Below are positions 51,850 through 64,000 of a DNA stretch of 64,000 nucleotides, piece by piece; the first letter of the stretch is position 1, and each line of letters opens with the position of its first letter. Origin of the DNA: Paragordius varius (lineage: Eukaryota > Animalia > Nematomorpha); NCBI GenBank assembly GCA_964247055.1, contig OZ176050.1:9548001-9612000 (forward strand), in the 5' to 3' direction. The notes under the pieces were generated by a model. That model had not been told where the DNA came from and searched no databases. It worked only from the letters and a program-made list of their open reading frames with translations. The translations under genes were made by a program, and so were the position numbers.

Positions 51850-53640
51850 AATTTTTACCTTTTTAGGTATTATTTAAAGACTTTATTGAACTCGTATGGC
51901 TTCTTAAGTTTTTTGAAAATTAGCTCCAAAACCACGGCATTTTTGTATGGCGTCTCAGTTTTAAACCGGTAGACCCCTACCCAGAGACCTAAATGGAAAA
52001 AGCGCTGAGTTAAATTCTTTGCCTTTACAGGGCAAATATTTGTAATCATCTTTGATATCATCCTCTGGGTTTTTCGGAAAATATCTCAGCGCTAAATAAT
52101 GGCTACATGATGGCGTATTTTTAGGACATAAAGGCCCCAAAACGGCTAAAAAACGCCTGACCTTTTACCTAGTTGCGGGTAACATTTCAGGCTTTTAGTG
52201 AGCGCATATGGCTTCATAAAATTTCTGTAAATTAGCTCCAAAACAACGAATTTGGCGCAATTTTTGGCGGGTGGCTCCTTAGCCAGGGGCGGGTACAAAA
52301 AAGCGCTGGCCAAAATTTTTGCCTTTATATGCGGTACTAAGATTATCATGGATTCCATATGTTCCCATATCTTAGAAATATTGCTTTAAAACTAAAAAAC
52401 TGTTTTATGGCAGCGCATTTTTCAGGGCGTAAAACTTTACTTAGCGATTCATTAAATAATCCCCACACTAAAATATTTGTTTTTTAAGAGGTAATAAATA
52501 TTTTAGGCTCTTGTTGAACTCACATCTCATATTCTAAATTTGGCTCGAAAAGCATGCTGTATCGATATGCGGACGCAGTTTTACGCGGGTAACCCCCTAA
52601 CCAGGGGCCAAACAAAAATATGCCGATTTTTTGCCTTAATTTGGATAGTACCTCAAATCATGATTGATTCCATAAGCTCTTGTAAGATTTTTGAAAAATT
52701 GCTTCAATATAAAAAAAATCGTTCTATGGTGGTGCATTTTTTAGGGCGAGGGCCTAATTAGGGGTAATTTAATAAAACCGCTTTACTTAAATTTTTGCCT
52801 TTTTCGAGTAATACTTCAACCCTTATTGAACTCATATGGCCTGATATGTTTTTTAAATTTGCCCCCAAAGTCAGGCTGTATCGATATGGCGCAGTTGTTG
52901 GCGCGTAGCCCCCTACGCAGAGGCCAATATAAAAAAGACGTTCGATAAAAAATTTTGCCTTTATAGGGGAATACCTGGAATCATCATTCATTCCATATGT
53001 TCTTAATAGTTTTTGGAAGAATGGCTTCAAAACTCAATAATCAACGATAGCGAATTTTGGGTGTAATGGGTCTAATTAACGGCTAATTTAAGAAAACCGC
53101 TCGGCTTAAATTTTTGCTATTTACGGGTATTATTTCAGACCCTCATTAGACTTATATGTCCTGATAAGTTTTCCTAAACAACGCAATTTTGATATGGTGG
53201 CGCAGTTTTTGGCGGGTAGCTCCCTACCGGAAGCTGATACAAAAAAGCGCTTCATTAAAATTTTTGCCTTTTTAGGAAGAATACCTGGAATCATGATTAA
53301 TTCCATATGCTCTCATTAGTTTTTTGAAAAATTGCCTCGAATAAAAATCACTATATGGTGGTGCATTTTTCAGGGTGTGAAGGGATTAATTAACGGCTAA
53401 TTAAACCGCATGACCCTAATTTTTGCCTTCTTACGGATAATATTTTAAGCATCTATTGAACTCATATGGCCTGATAGGTTTTCTGCCTCAAAAACACGCT
53501 ATTTCGATATGACGGGGTAGATTTAGCGAGTATCCGTTTACCCAACAGCCAATATAAAAAAACGCTTCGACTAAAATTTTTGCCTAACAAGGAATACCTG
53601 GAATCCTCATTAAAATTTACGGTTATACCTTGGGTGAAAA
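51850..53640. repeat. Degenerate satellite with ~157-bp monomer and ~314-bp dimer, about 6 dimers
   Basis: GAACTCATATGG-like anchors at 51888, 52200, 52516, 52828, 53149 and 53458; AAATTTTTGCC-like motif twice per period. Confidence 0.8.
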
Positions 53641-55098
53641 AGACATTCAAAAAATTATTTTTATGGACCTTGTTTTTTTTTCAAAAAAATAGCATTTTAA
53701 GGGGAGACCGGGTAAAAAGAGGGTTTAAATTATAAAAGCGAGCCGATTATGTTCGGCGCAATTGAAAAAAAGTAAAAAAAATCATTTTGAAATTGAATGG
53801 TCCACCACTTTTTCCGGAAAACTGAATCAACCGATTTTTGTGGACTTATGTTTTTTAAAAAAACCGTTTTTTACACGGGGTGATCCTGAACTGGGGTCTA
53901 ATTCAAAAAAAGGCGAGGCTATTGTCGAGGCATTTAATAATTATATTTTTCGACATTTGGATTTGAATGGGTCTACTGGTTTTCCGGAAACAGATCACAA
54001 AGCCATTTTCATATAAATATATAGATCATCATATTTTACGCGCTTAGATTTTATCCACATCAAAATATATTTGTTATATAGAAATTAAATAAACTTTTCT
54101 TTTGTTAAACATTTACATTGTTGCGTTGGGAACCAATTCAGTATATCTATTTCTCCACTATTATAATTTAAAAATACTTTGTGACATACGCGTAAATTTG
54201 GTTATTTTTTAATAAATCAAATAACAGATACAACTGATAACAATAATAGGTCTTGCTACTCTGCTATATGTTAATCATGTGAAAAAATAGCGTTCTGGTT
54301 TTGTATTTCATTATATTACATACATTATGAGTAAGTATACTTTGCTAGTTTTTCATTAATTACTGCCAAATAGAATGTCATTTTTCAGTCAAAAGCAAAT
54401 TCTAAGCAAACGCAACATTTTTTTAATCAAGTACAAAACTTTTTAAACGTAACATTTTATCATCCAAACGCTATATTTTTTCATTTGTGTTGCTAATGTT
54501 GCGTTCAGTTGAAATAATATTGCATTTTCTTGAAAATATTGCTTTTGTCAGAAAAATGATATATAAAGGGCAATATAATTAAGTGGTATATCAATTTTTA
54601 CTATTTTGCTGCATGTACTATTTGGCAATATTAATAAAAATTTGGCAATGCATACTTACTCATACTGTACAATAAAATTGGATATAAAGCAATAAATATA
54701 TTACTTAAGTTAATAAAAGAGTAAAATAAAGTATATTAGCGTATGGCTTTTCATTTAGTATAGTTCGCAATAATAGAAAAAGATTGTTAAAATATTAGGG
54801 AAAATGTTAAACTACACCAGGTGTAAACCATAAACTACTGTAAATAATGGCCTAAAAGACTAGAAAATTTAAGCTTTTTTTATATATAAAGATTAATAAT
54901 TTAGCATGGGAGGGAATTAAGGATAACCGTTTCCATGTGACATGCAAACAAATATATAAATGACCAAATCTAATCTAATCAATTTCAAATTTTTGTTATT
55001 GTATCAAATGAAAATAAATTTTAAGATAGGTGGTATTTTTTGTACATTTTTTGATCACATTTCATTTCTGTTTGCTCAAGTAATGTGATAGTACTGAG

Positions 55099-55133
<35 letters not shown>

Positions 55134-55547
55134 TTAACCTTTTTAAATATATATATTTCTTAATTGGCGCGACGTAGTATAAATTTATTTTGGAATAAAC
55201 ATGAAAATTTTTGAAAAATTGCGGAGTTTATTTGTGAAATAAAATATTTGATTTGGCAACAAATGGCTTGATTGGCTTTAATTCTTGCAGTATATAAAAA
55301 ATTATCCACCTATTTTTTGTTTGCCTTTTATTCGTGTCATGTGGCTTTTTGCTGCTTGACAAACAAAAAGTAAAACATTAATTAACTGAGTATATATGAT
55401 ATGTGTATGCATACTGTCCATATTTTTCTACAACTAACCACACAGATGACTGATTGAAAAAAATAAAACATAATTTAAACAATCTTTATTACCACAATTT
55501 TTTTTTGCTGAAAATTTTAATGATCATAACTTTTTTCCTTTGATATA

Positions 55548-58500
55548 ATGCAAATAACAACTTTTAATGAAGCCAGTTTGATCGAGGATATCCCTAACAT
55601 AGCTGAAAACGGTAATATTTATACAAATATATTTTATATTTAATTTCATTGTTTTTGTTTAATACACCTATTTAGAATTATATCTAATTTAAATTCGTAT
55701 TTTATAAAGAATCAAATTTAATCGCGACCAAACAATTAAAATTAATATATTATTATTTATGAGTCGAAAAAATTGTTAACATACTAACAGGGGCGTACCG
55801 AGGTGGGGGCAAGGGGGTGCATCATGCCCCGGGCGCCGTTATTTAGGGGCGCCTAAATGATTTTTAAAATTAAAATTTAATTATGCAAAAATAATAAGAA
55901 CTTTCAAATGAGATTTTTCAGCAATAAATCCCTATAATATATACTCTATTATTCACCTAATTATTACCATTGAATAAATTTAGTATCATATAAATATATA
56001 TATTTAATAGATTTAAAATTTATATGACTGTGCTGTCTTATCTAAGGTCCTTACGTTACAACGTTTAAATTTTTTTTACTGATTTGTCTTATTGGCTTTT
56101 AAAAAAAAAAGGGGGGGGGGGACGCCATAAAAGTTTTATGCCCCGGGCGCCGCAAATGCTTGGTACGCCACTGCATACTAAGTTTTTCTTGATGTTAAAA
56201 GTAATAAAGGTAAACCTATTTTTTAAATATATCATATGCATTAGCGTGCGGTAAAAAAATAATTGTTGAAATTAGACAATTTTTATCTAAAATTTTAACA
56301 TTAATTTTGTTTATAATATTATGAACAAAATTTGTTTTATACCATACGCTACTGTATTTTGATTTCAATGAAAATCTAACCTAAAATTCATTTCTATAAT
56401 TTATAGGGATTGATGTGCTAGAAGTTGAAAATATAGTGCCGATTAAACATGCCAACTCGTATCTCTGTTATAATCAGACTCTGAAAGACATAACAAATCT
56501 AAATACACTTCAAAGTATTGAGCACACGTGTCCATTGCTTGAAAAGGAATCAAACATTTTAAAAGATGTAAAAAATATTTTGATTAATACTGTTGATAAC
56601 GAATCATTTCTCAACAACAAACATACACTCATTAATCATCAAAAGCACCAAAATGGTATGCTAAAAAATAGTTATGAGGGAGATAACTCAATCGAAAATG
56701 TCGGTAAAACAAATCGTAAAAACGGATTGAACAAAAAATTTAATATCTTTCCTCAAAAGGTAAGAAGGCTGAGCAATGATAAATCTGTCAAGTCTGTACC
56801 AATGACCATAAATAGAAAAATAAAAATTAACCAATCAATCAACCAAAGCTACGTAAAATCCCCATTGAATCTAACAAACTATTATTCAAAAGATCTTTTA
56901 GGTACTCTATTTTTCAATAATACAAACTAAATTTAATTACAGTAGGGTATGGCATAAAACAATATTAGTTCATCATAGAATGAAAAAAATGTTATTTCTT
57001 GAAAAACAACTCTATTTGTATATGCACATATCCATAATACCCCCTTGTTTTTTTAAAAAAACATTTTTTTTATTCTTTTATAGACTATTTTTGTTTTATG
57101 CCATATGCTACTGTATACGCATTTCAAAACGTGCATTGTTAAATTTATATTGAAACTTTTTCAAATGTTAATATTGGTATTTAATTAAATTTGATTAATT
57201 AAATTTTAAACAATAATTTATTAGCTGATGCGGAACCCGTAACGCTCCATAATATATTTCATGACATTGTTCTTCCATCTTTTCCCGACTGTCCTGCAAT
57301 CTATTACCAAAATAAGGAAGAGAGTTGGATGAAATATACCTTCATTGATTACTACAAACAAATATGCATTGTTGCAAAAGCATTTATTTCAGTATATAAT
57401 TTATACATACACATTAATGATTGAGAAATGTAATTAAACATTTTCCTAATACTTAAGCTTTACTCTTTTTCATTTCAAAATTATATACTATGCGCTACTA
57501 TATTACGAAAATCAATATAGTGTAATGTGCAAAACTAAAAAATACCATTAAAAAAGAATTTTTTAGGTAAAATCCTTTAAGTTAATTTGGATTCCTAGAG
57601 AGCTTGTTTGTGATTCATAATGATTAAAACATATAGCTATTTCCTATATATAGCCGGATAGCATATATTTAAATATCACTTAAAAGTGAACGCATTTTTG
57701 CCATTTTGAAATCGCCAAAAAGAATTATAATTGACCAATATTAAAATAAATCATGAAAAAGATATTTAAACGAATATTTTTTTTTGCTGTTTATGCTATC
57801 TGCAATATTTATAATAATCTAGAATCGTTTTGATTAGTTATAGTTTCCCTCTAAACGATAATCTGGCAAAAATATGGAGATAAACATAAACCAATGTAGG
57901 GAATATTTGTATTTTTAACGCTCGAACTAAAACGTTTTACCCAAGCTTTGTCAATAACAAATAAATAATAACTTTTAGGAAAAATTAAATCAGGGGTGTC
58001 CAACACGCGGCCCTCCAAAATATTTTTGCACCCCGCGAGAAATTTCAAATCTAAAATCTAAGATTTTTTAAACAAATTTTTTGAACATGTCTTTCCGAAC
58101 TATGACAATAAACTAGCAAAAATTGTTAAAATAAATAGTAAGTTTTTAGAGTCTTATGTTGAAATTAATAAAAGATTAGTTAATACCCGTATATTTTGCG
58201 AATGCGGCCCATCGAATTTTTCAATGCCAAAGGACACCCCTGCATTAAATGAATCATTTACGATTGTGCTATCTCACGATAGCGTATGGTGTAAAATTAT
58301 ACCTAAATATAACATTTTTCCGCTTTATTTAACTTAGAATATTATACGCTATATTAGCATTAAGTATGGATTAATTTACTAAATGTCATATTAATGCATA
58401 CCATTGGAGCCAAACTTATTTACTTTTTAATATAACGGTTAAAAATGTATCAATTACTCATATAGTTAGGATTGGAGAGATCACACGCAGTGGCTATTAT

Positions 58501-61500
58501 GGGGTTCAATTCGCCTGAATGGTATATAAGCAACTTTGCTGCCATTTTTGCTGGGTATCATATTTATAATAGTTTAACTGTCGTTAACAAACTATAATCA
58601 ATAATAGTATATATATCTCCCAAATTTAACTGCCTTACTCTTTTTTTAATTAGAAAAAAATTATAAATTATATTTATAAATATAGTGGTCTTTCCGCCGG
58701 AATATACACCACAAACACGGCCGAAGCTTGCAAGCATATCTTAGTTGATTGTAAAGCCAATATTTGCGTGATTGAAAACGAGAATTATTTGGATAAAATT
58801 ATGCCAATCCTTTCGGATTTGCCTCATCTTAAAGCTATAATTCAGTATAAAGATACGTTAAAACCGTCTAATATCGATATTGCACAAAAATTCCCGCATA
58901 TAAAATTTGTTAAGGTATAGTTATTGGTTTTATTACCCCATTATTTTAAATTGAAAATGATTGTATCTATAGTTGTATAGTATTCTTATAGCTAAATTTA
59001 TTTTTTATGAAAAACAAGGGAAATTCAAAAATATATGTCGAAATCAGCATTGAAATTTAAAACAATTATATATTTATTAGTGGTCAGAATTACAAAATTA
59101 CGAAACTAAACTTGCAAATGTCCAATTCGATTCTATTATGAAAAGTGCTAAACCCTCAGATCCTTGCACTATGATTTATACATCTGGAACGACTGGAAAT
59201 TCTAAAGGCGTAATGCTAACCCATGATAACGTAAGTGAATTTCGATAATAAATGGTTTGGTAAAATATATAAATCTTCAGAATTCCTGACATTAAATGGG
59301 GAATATTAGGGAATATGCCCTCTAGAACCTATAAATAAGGATTTGATATTTATCATAATATATTTTTATTTTAAACTACTCTTCTTTAAATATTTCTAAT
59401 AATAAATAACCTAGTTAACTAACTATGTTTTGATTTGACCTAAACATACAATAGATGCTTTTACGGCAAAACAGATTACATATATATATATATTTAAAAT
59501 ATATAAATAATCCATTAAAATAAATGCGGATCTACCTTTGATCTTGATTTGAGGTAAATAAACCCAGAAAAAAGCATACAGATTGAAATCTGATTATTTA
59601 TGCCTAATAATTTTATGACTCTCAAAATCGGACAAGTGTTGATAGTGTTTAGAGCATATGGATTTTTTACCTTTTTTACGATGCCCAAAAGTAATACAAA
59701 TTTATTATAATTATCCGACAAATTTTGATTGTGAGAATAAATTTGACCATCTTTGAATAATTCTTTGGATTGTTTAACATTAATAATAATGATTGTAGAT
59801 CGTATGGACTACAAGAGCAACGATTCGAGTTTTTGAATGCCAAATGCTTGAAGAAAGAGTCATTAGTTATCTCCCTTTAAGCCATGTCGCTGCTCAAATG
59901 TTAGACATGTATGCTATGCTTTTCTGCGCATCCCCCGTCTGGTTTGCTAAACCTGATGCATTAAAGGTATGTCTCATTATGCAAAAATATAGGTTATAAA
60001 ACTTGAAACCTGTTGTACAACTAATGCATTTCGCCTACCCTTTTATTTATAAAAAAGTTTTAGAGTAAACATAAAAGTAATATTGATTATTTTTTATAAC
60101 GAGAATCAGATATTTTTTTGATACTTGATTCTTTCTACCGATAAACGATGTGACATATAAAAGTGAATGTTTTACCAATTTATATCTCCATTTGCTTTCT
60201 TGCAACCAAAAACGATGATATGTCTTAAAATAAAAATTTGGCGTTTTTAGATATGGCGGTCTATATAACCCTTTTTAATGATGTGTTTTAATAATTTTAG
60301 TTTTTGCATTAAAACTTTTTAAAATTAAATAGGTAAAATAAATAAATAATAGGGATCATTAGTGGAAACAATGAAAGTTGTCGAACCAACTATATTCATT
60401 GGAGTCCCGAGAGTTTGGGAAAAAATTTCCGATCGTCTGGCTTTCTTGGATAAAGCTCAGGGCCTTAAAAAGTATGTGATGGAATGGGCCAAAGAAGTTG
60501 GATTAAAGAGTGCCTATGCTGCCATGTTGGGGTATTCATAAATGATAATAATGTTGATTTCTTTTCATGTATAAGGAAGACATCAGAGCTTAGAAGCAAA
60601 TTGATTTTAAAATTGATAATTTTAGTAACCGTCAAGTCGTTTATTCGAATTATTTAAATGAATATCAAAGTGAAACTATAAAAATTTTAAATTATATGGT
60701 TTTTTTTTAATTTAATTACACAATCAGAATAAAACATTATTTATAAGGCGGACATTACTTAGCAGTCAAAATTAAGTCTTCTCTATCTTCTAAGAAAATT
60801 TTTCCTAAAAAATATGCATTTGGCTCATAATCATTATATACCTCTTTTACCATATTACCTATAATTAATTGTTTTTAAAGCTGATTTGGTCAAAATTATA
60901 CATTGTTATTTTATTCAGCCAACCATTTCCTTGGGGATATCCCCTTGCCAATCGGGTTGTTTTTTCGAGAATCAAGCAGGCACTTGGCTTAGGATCGTGT
61001 CGATACTTTGTGAGTGCGGGCGCTCCGTGTTCCCAGACATGTATACAGTATTTTGCTTCCCTCGGCATATTTATACATCAAATTTATGGGGCCAGCGAGA
61101 CAACTGGACCTATATCAATCGGTTACACTACAGTCGGTTCTAATTGGGTCGGTAGTTGTGGTCTGCCTCTTCAAGGGATGGAAGTTAAAATTGATATAAA
61201 AATGCCAAATAATGTGCCCATCAACGCCGCCACTAGAATTAGTGATTCTGCAGGTTTCTTTTATCTCAAAGCTATGCTTTTCCCTAAACAACTTCAATTT
61301 TATACCCACAATATTTTCAACAATAAACTATTTTTCGAAAATCTAAAAAGAATGCACTTAATTTTATTATTTATAAATTATTACACGCAAATCGTTTTAA
61401 ATCTGGTTTTAAAACGAAAAACGAATCTTTAGCTGATAGGCTTTTCGAAAGATTGCACTTTTTATATGATTGTTATTTTTGGCTAAAATATAAATATATT

Positions 61501-63616
61501 GTAAACATAGTAGACTAAATAGCAAGGCTAATTACAGTATCAAACATATTATACTCCCTAAGTTATATGGCTTCAAAATATTTAACAGATGAAAAATATT
61601 TTATGCATTGTTTTTTATTCATACCATAGAAAATCAATGTACCGTTATGAATGAAATGGATTTTAATGCTAATTCGCCAAAAATAATGCAAAACAATATA
61701 ATAGAAAGCCTGGAAGGCGAGGTTCATATATACTTGGTTGTATGTACTTTAAATTAATAAGTTAGACAGGCGGTAAGGATAATGCATTTGATACCGCGTC
61801 TGTCACAACTTTTAAAAATGTCTTTTGCATTATGACATTAGGATAAATCCTTTTTATGAGATTGTATAGTTTTTTGCCCTGAACATGGTATATAAATTAT
61901 ATCAAATATGCTTTGTTAGGAATATTCGTATTTTATCCGACAAGATTGTAACTATACAAAATTTAAAAAAGTTTATTCGTATGTTGTCAAAAATCATTTT
62001 ATAAAAATTTTATAATTATTTTTCTTTACAAATTTAGGAAATTGAATAATAAAATAAAACATATAAATAAAGTCAATAAATTTAACTTATGAACATTTTT
62101 TTATTGGTGTAATATGCATTTCGGCGGCCTCTGTCAGCACAGGCCAATTATAGTTTTGGTTGCCCCAAAATTCAGGGATGCGTTTTATTTAAAAATTAAT
62201 ATATAAACGAATTATGTCATATAAATTATTTTTACTGGCAGATTTGTGTTAAGGGGCGAAACGTGTTTCAAGGTTATTTAAATTTGGAAGATGCAACAAA
62301 GGAGGTAATAGATTCGGATGGATGGTTTCATACAGGCGATATGGGAAAACTGGTTTATACTTGTACTGGTGGTCCCTTTATAGTAATTACCGGAAGATAT
62401 AAAGGTAAAATAAATTTTGTTGATATGATTTTAAAATAAACACAAAAAATCAAAAAAATATCAATATCTTTGAATTAAGCGCAATTTCATCTACAAAAAA
62501 TTATATTAATTTTAAACGATGGCCAAGCCTTATTTTAAAATCGAATTTATGGCTAGCCGTCAAACGTGTAAAAATTTGATTATTTCAAAGATATTTATAA
62601 TTTTAATCAAATAATCTATCAATTTTTTTTGTAATTAGCTATTAATATATGTATATAGATAAAAATTTTATAAAACATTTTTATATTATTAAAAATAAGA
62701 GCTAATTATAACCGCGGGAGGCGAAAATGTAGCTCCAGTTCCCATCGAAACGGCAATTCACCAGCAATTGTCGCACATTATAAGTAATGTTATGGTCATT
62801 GGGGATTACAAAAAATTCTTGTATGCACTTCTTACTTTACAGGTATAAATTTCATTGGTAAAATGTCATTTTAAATAACATAATATATATAAGGATATTG
62901 TATGATAAGTGTAAGCTTATATGGTATTAATATTACAAATTATATTGTTGACAATTTGTTTAATAACTGTAATATAAAACTATACAAAACATTAAATTTC
63001 CTGTTTATTCCAATTCTTTTATTTTTTTTAAATGTACGAAAAAAGCTAAATATATGTTTTTATTGTGAAGGTAAATGACGGATTTATAATGTTTAATAAC
63101 AGGTGTTAAATCCGTAAAATAATGATAAACGAAAATTTAGAAAATTAATTTAAAATTTATATATTACAAAAATCATAAACGATATGTGAAACCCTTTGGT
63201 CAATAGTAATGTCAGACTAGTTTCGTGCTTGTTAACACTCATCAGTACGACACAACTATTTGACTTGGGGTTTTCATATATCGATTTCGTGTGTATATAT
63301 ATATCCAACTTTGCAATTTTGGTATAAATGCGGTTGTTTATACGAATTTAAATTAAATTTAATTGACATTTATGTAAATTAAACTGAAAATTTGAAAATA
63401 AACTACAAATTTGAAAATAAACTGAAAATTAACACTAGGTTTAACCCTAGATTTAGAGTATAGCTACTTAGATTTTTAGATATTTATTGATGCAATTGAA
63501 CATTTCTTTTTTATAGACTGAAATAGACAGTAAGACTGGTTTACCTACATCAAAAGTGACCCGTACAGCTTTACAACAAATTGAGATGATAGTGGGGAAT
63601 GCTGATAAGACTAAAG
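55548..63616 (+). CDS. ACSBG: Long-chain fatty acyl-CoA synthetase, bubblegum family; 3' end lies beyond the window
   Basis: In-phase exons 55548-55611,56407-56901,57225-57391,58466-58554,58686-58914,59081-59230,59799-59966,60353-60531,60919-61253,61630-61721,62242-62404,62700-62842,63517-63616. Motifs [102 protein letters not shown]. The start exon is the least certain part. Confidence 0.92.
55788..56173. mobile_element. hAT-type MITE with perfect 8-bp TSD
   Basis: TIRs CAGGGGCGTACC...GGTACGCCACTG; CATACTAA on both flanks (55780-55787 and 56174-56181). Confidence 0.88.
56940..57113. mobile_element. Tc1/mariner-type MITE
   Basis: TA-CAGTAGGGTATGGCATAAAAC...GTTTTATGCCATATGCTACTG-TA. Confidence 0.75.
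57991..58242. mobile_element. hAT-type (Charlie-like) MITE
   Basis: TIRs CAGGGGTGTCC...GGACACCCCTG; near-TSD AATTAAAT/CATTAAAT. Confidence 0.8.
63185..63278 (-). ncRNA. Minimal type I hammerhead ribozyme motif
   Basis: Minus strand reads CUGAUGA-GUGUU(AACA)AGCAC-GAAA-C(UA)G-UC. The flanks pair as an interrupted stem I (UGUC/GACA, GUCAAAUAGU/ACUAUUGAC, GAAAACCC/GGGUUUC). Confidence 0.7.
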
Positions 63617-64000
63617 GTAAGTTTATAATATCTTTTTTTACAGAGGCTTCATTGAATACATATGTGCATATTTAACGATATTTACAAAAAAATTTCCATA
63701 GTTAATCATCACCCGAAACTGTGTATAATCTTAATAATCCTTTCTATAAATCTTAAGTAAGTTAGATTTTTTATAAATAAATTTTTCCACTTTCTTATAT
63801 CTTATTCGTTTTATTAACTTAGAAATGTTAAAAAAATATGGAAAAATTAGTTTTCAATAACTATTTTATGGTTTTCTTAAATTTTTATCACTATAAAAAT
63901 TTAATATAAAAGCCTGATCCGTAGTTGAACTAGGCTCATTTTGATAATTAAATATACATATTAATGAAATTTATTGTTGAATATAAATTTTTTAATAGAA

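Noticed and set aside
51870-54016. ORFs within and just after the satellite
   Set aside because: Short, on both strands, and not conserved in frame between repeat units.

Overview
AT-rich animal (probably protostome invertebrate) genomic DNA with GT-AG introns; nothing here is prokaryotic. (1) 444-35778 (+): a complete 60-exon uninflatable (uif/SP1070)-like gene. All my exon phases close, giving about 4365 aa: signal peptide, C-lectin, LDLa, 3 CUB, sushi, FA58C, HYR, ephrin-receptor-like Cys repeats, EGF array, LamG/pentraxin, TM, and a roughly 430-aa tail ending in DTRV*. (2) About 35693-51650: a 16-kb quasi-palindrome with arms 35693-43375 and 45490-51650. Its 2.1-kb spacer starts exactly at the terminal inverted repeat of a hAT-Blackjack-like transposon. 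Each arm carries an outward-pointing ORF built from a 126-bp/42-aa tandem repeat (21 vs 14 full units) and a deleted, diverged transposase copy. The right arm ends in an antisense duplicate of the last uif exon and 3' UTR at a (TA)n tract. (3) 51850-53640: an old ~157/314-bp dimeric satellite. (4) 55548 to window end (+): an ACSBG/bubblegum acyl-CoA synthetase gene, 3'-truncated by the window, with a minimal hammerhead ribozyme motif antisense in one intron. Introns also hold MITEs, a tRNA-derived SINE and a perfect 56-bp palindrome. Everything was read by eye with no searches run; family assignments rest on recalled motifs.
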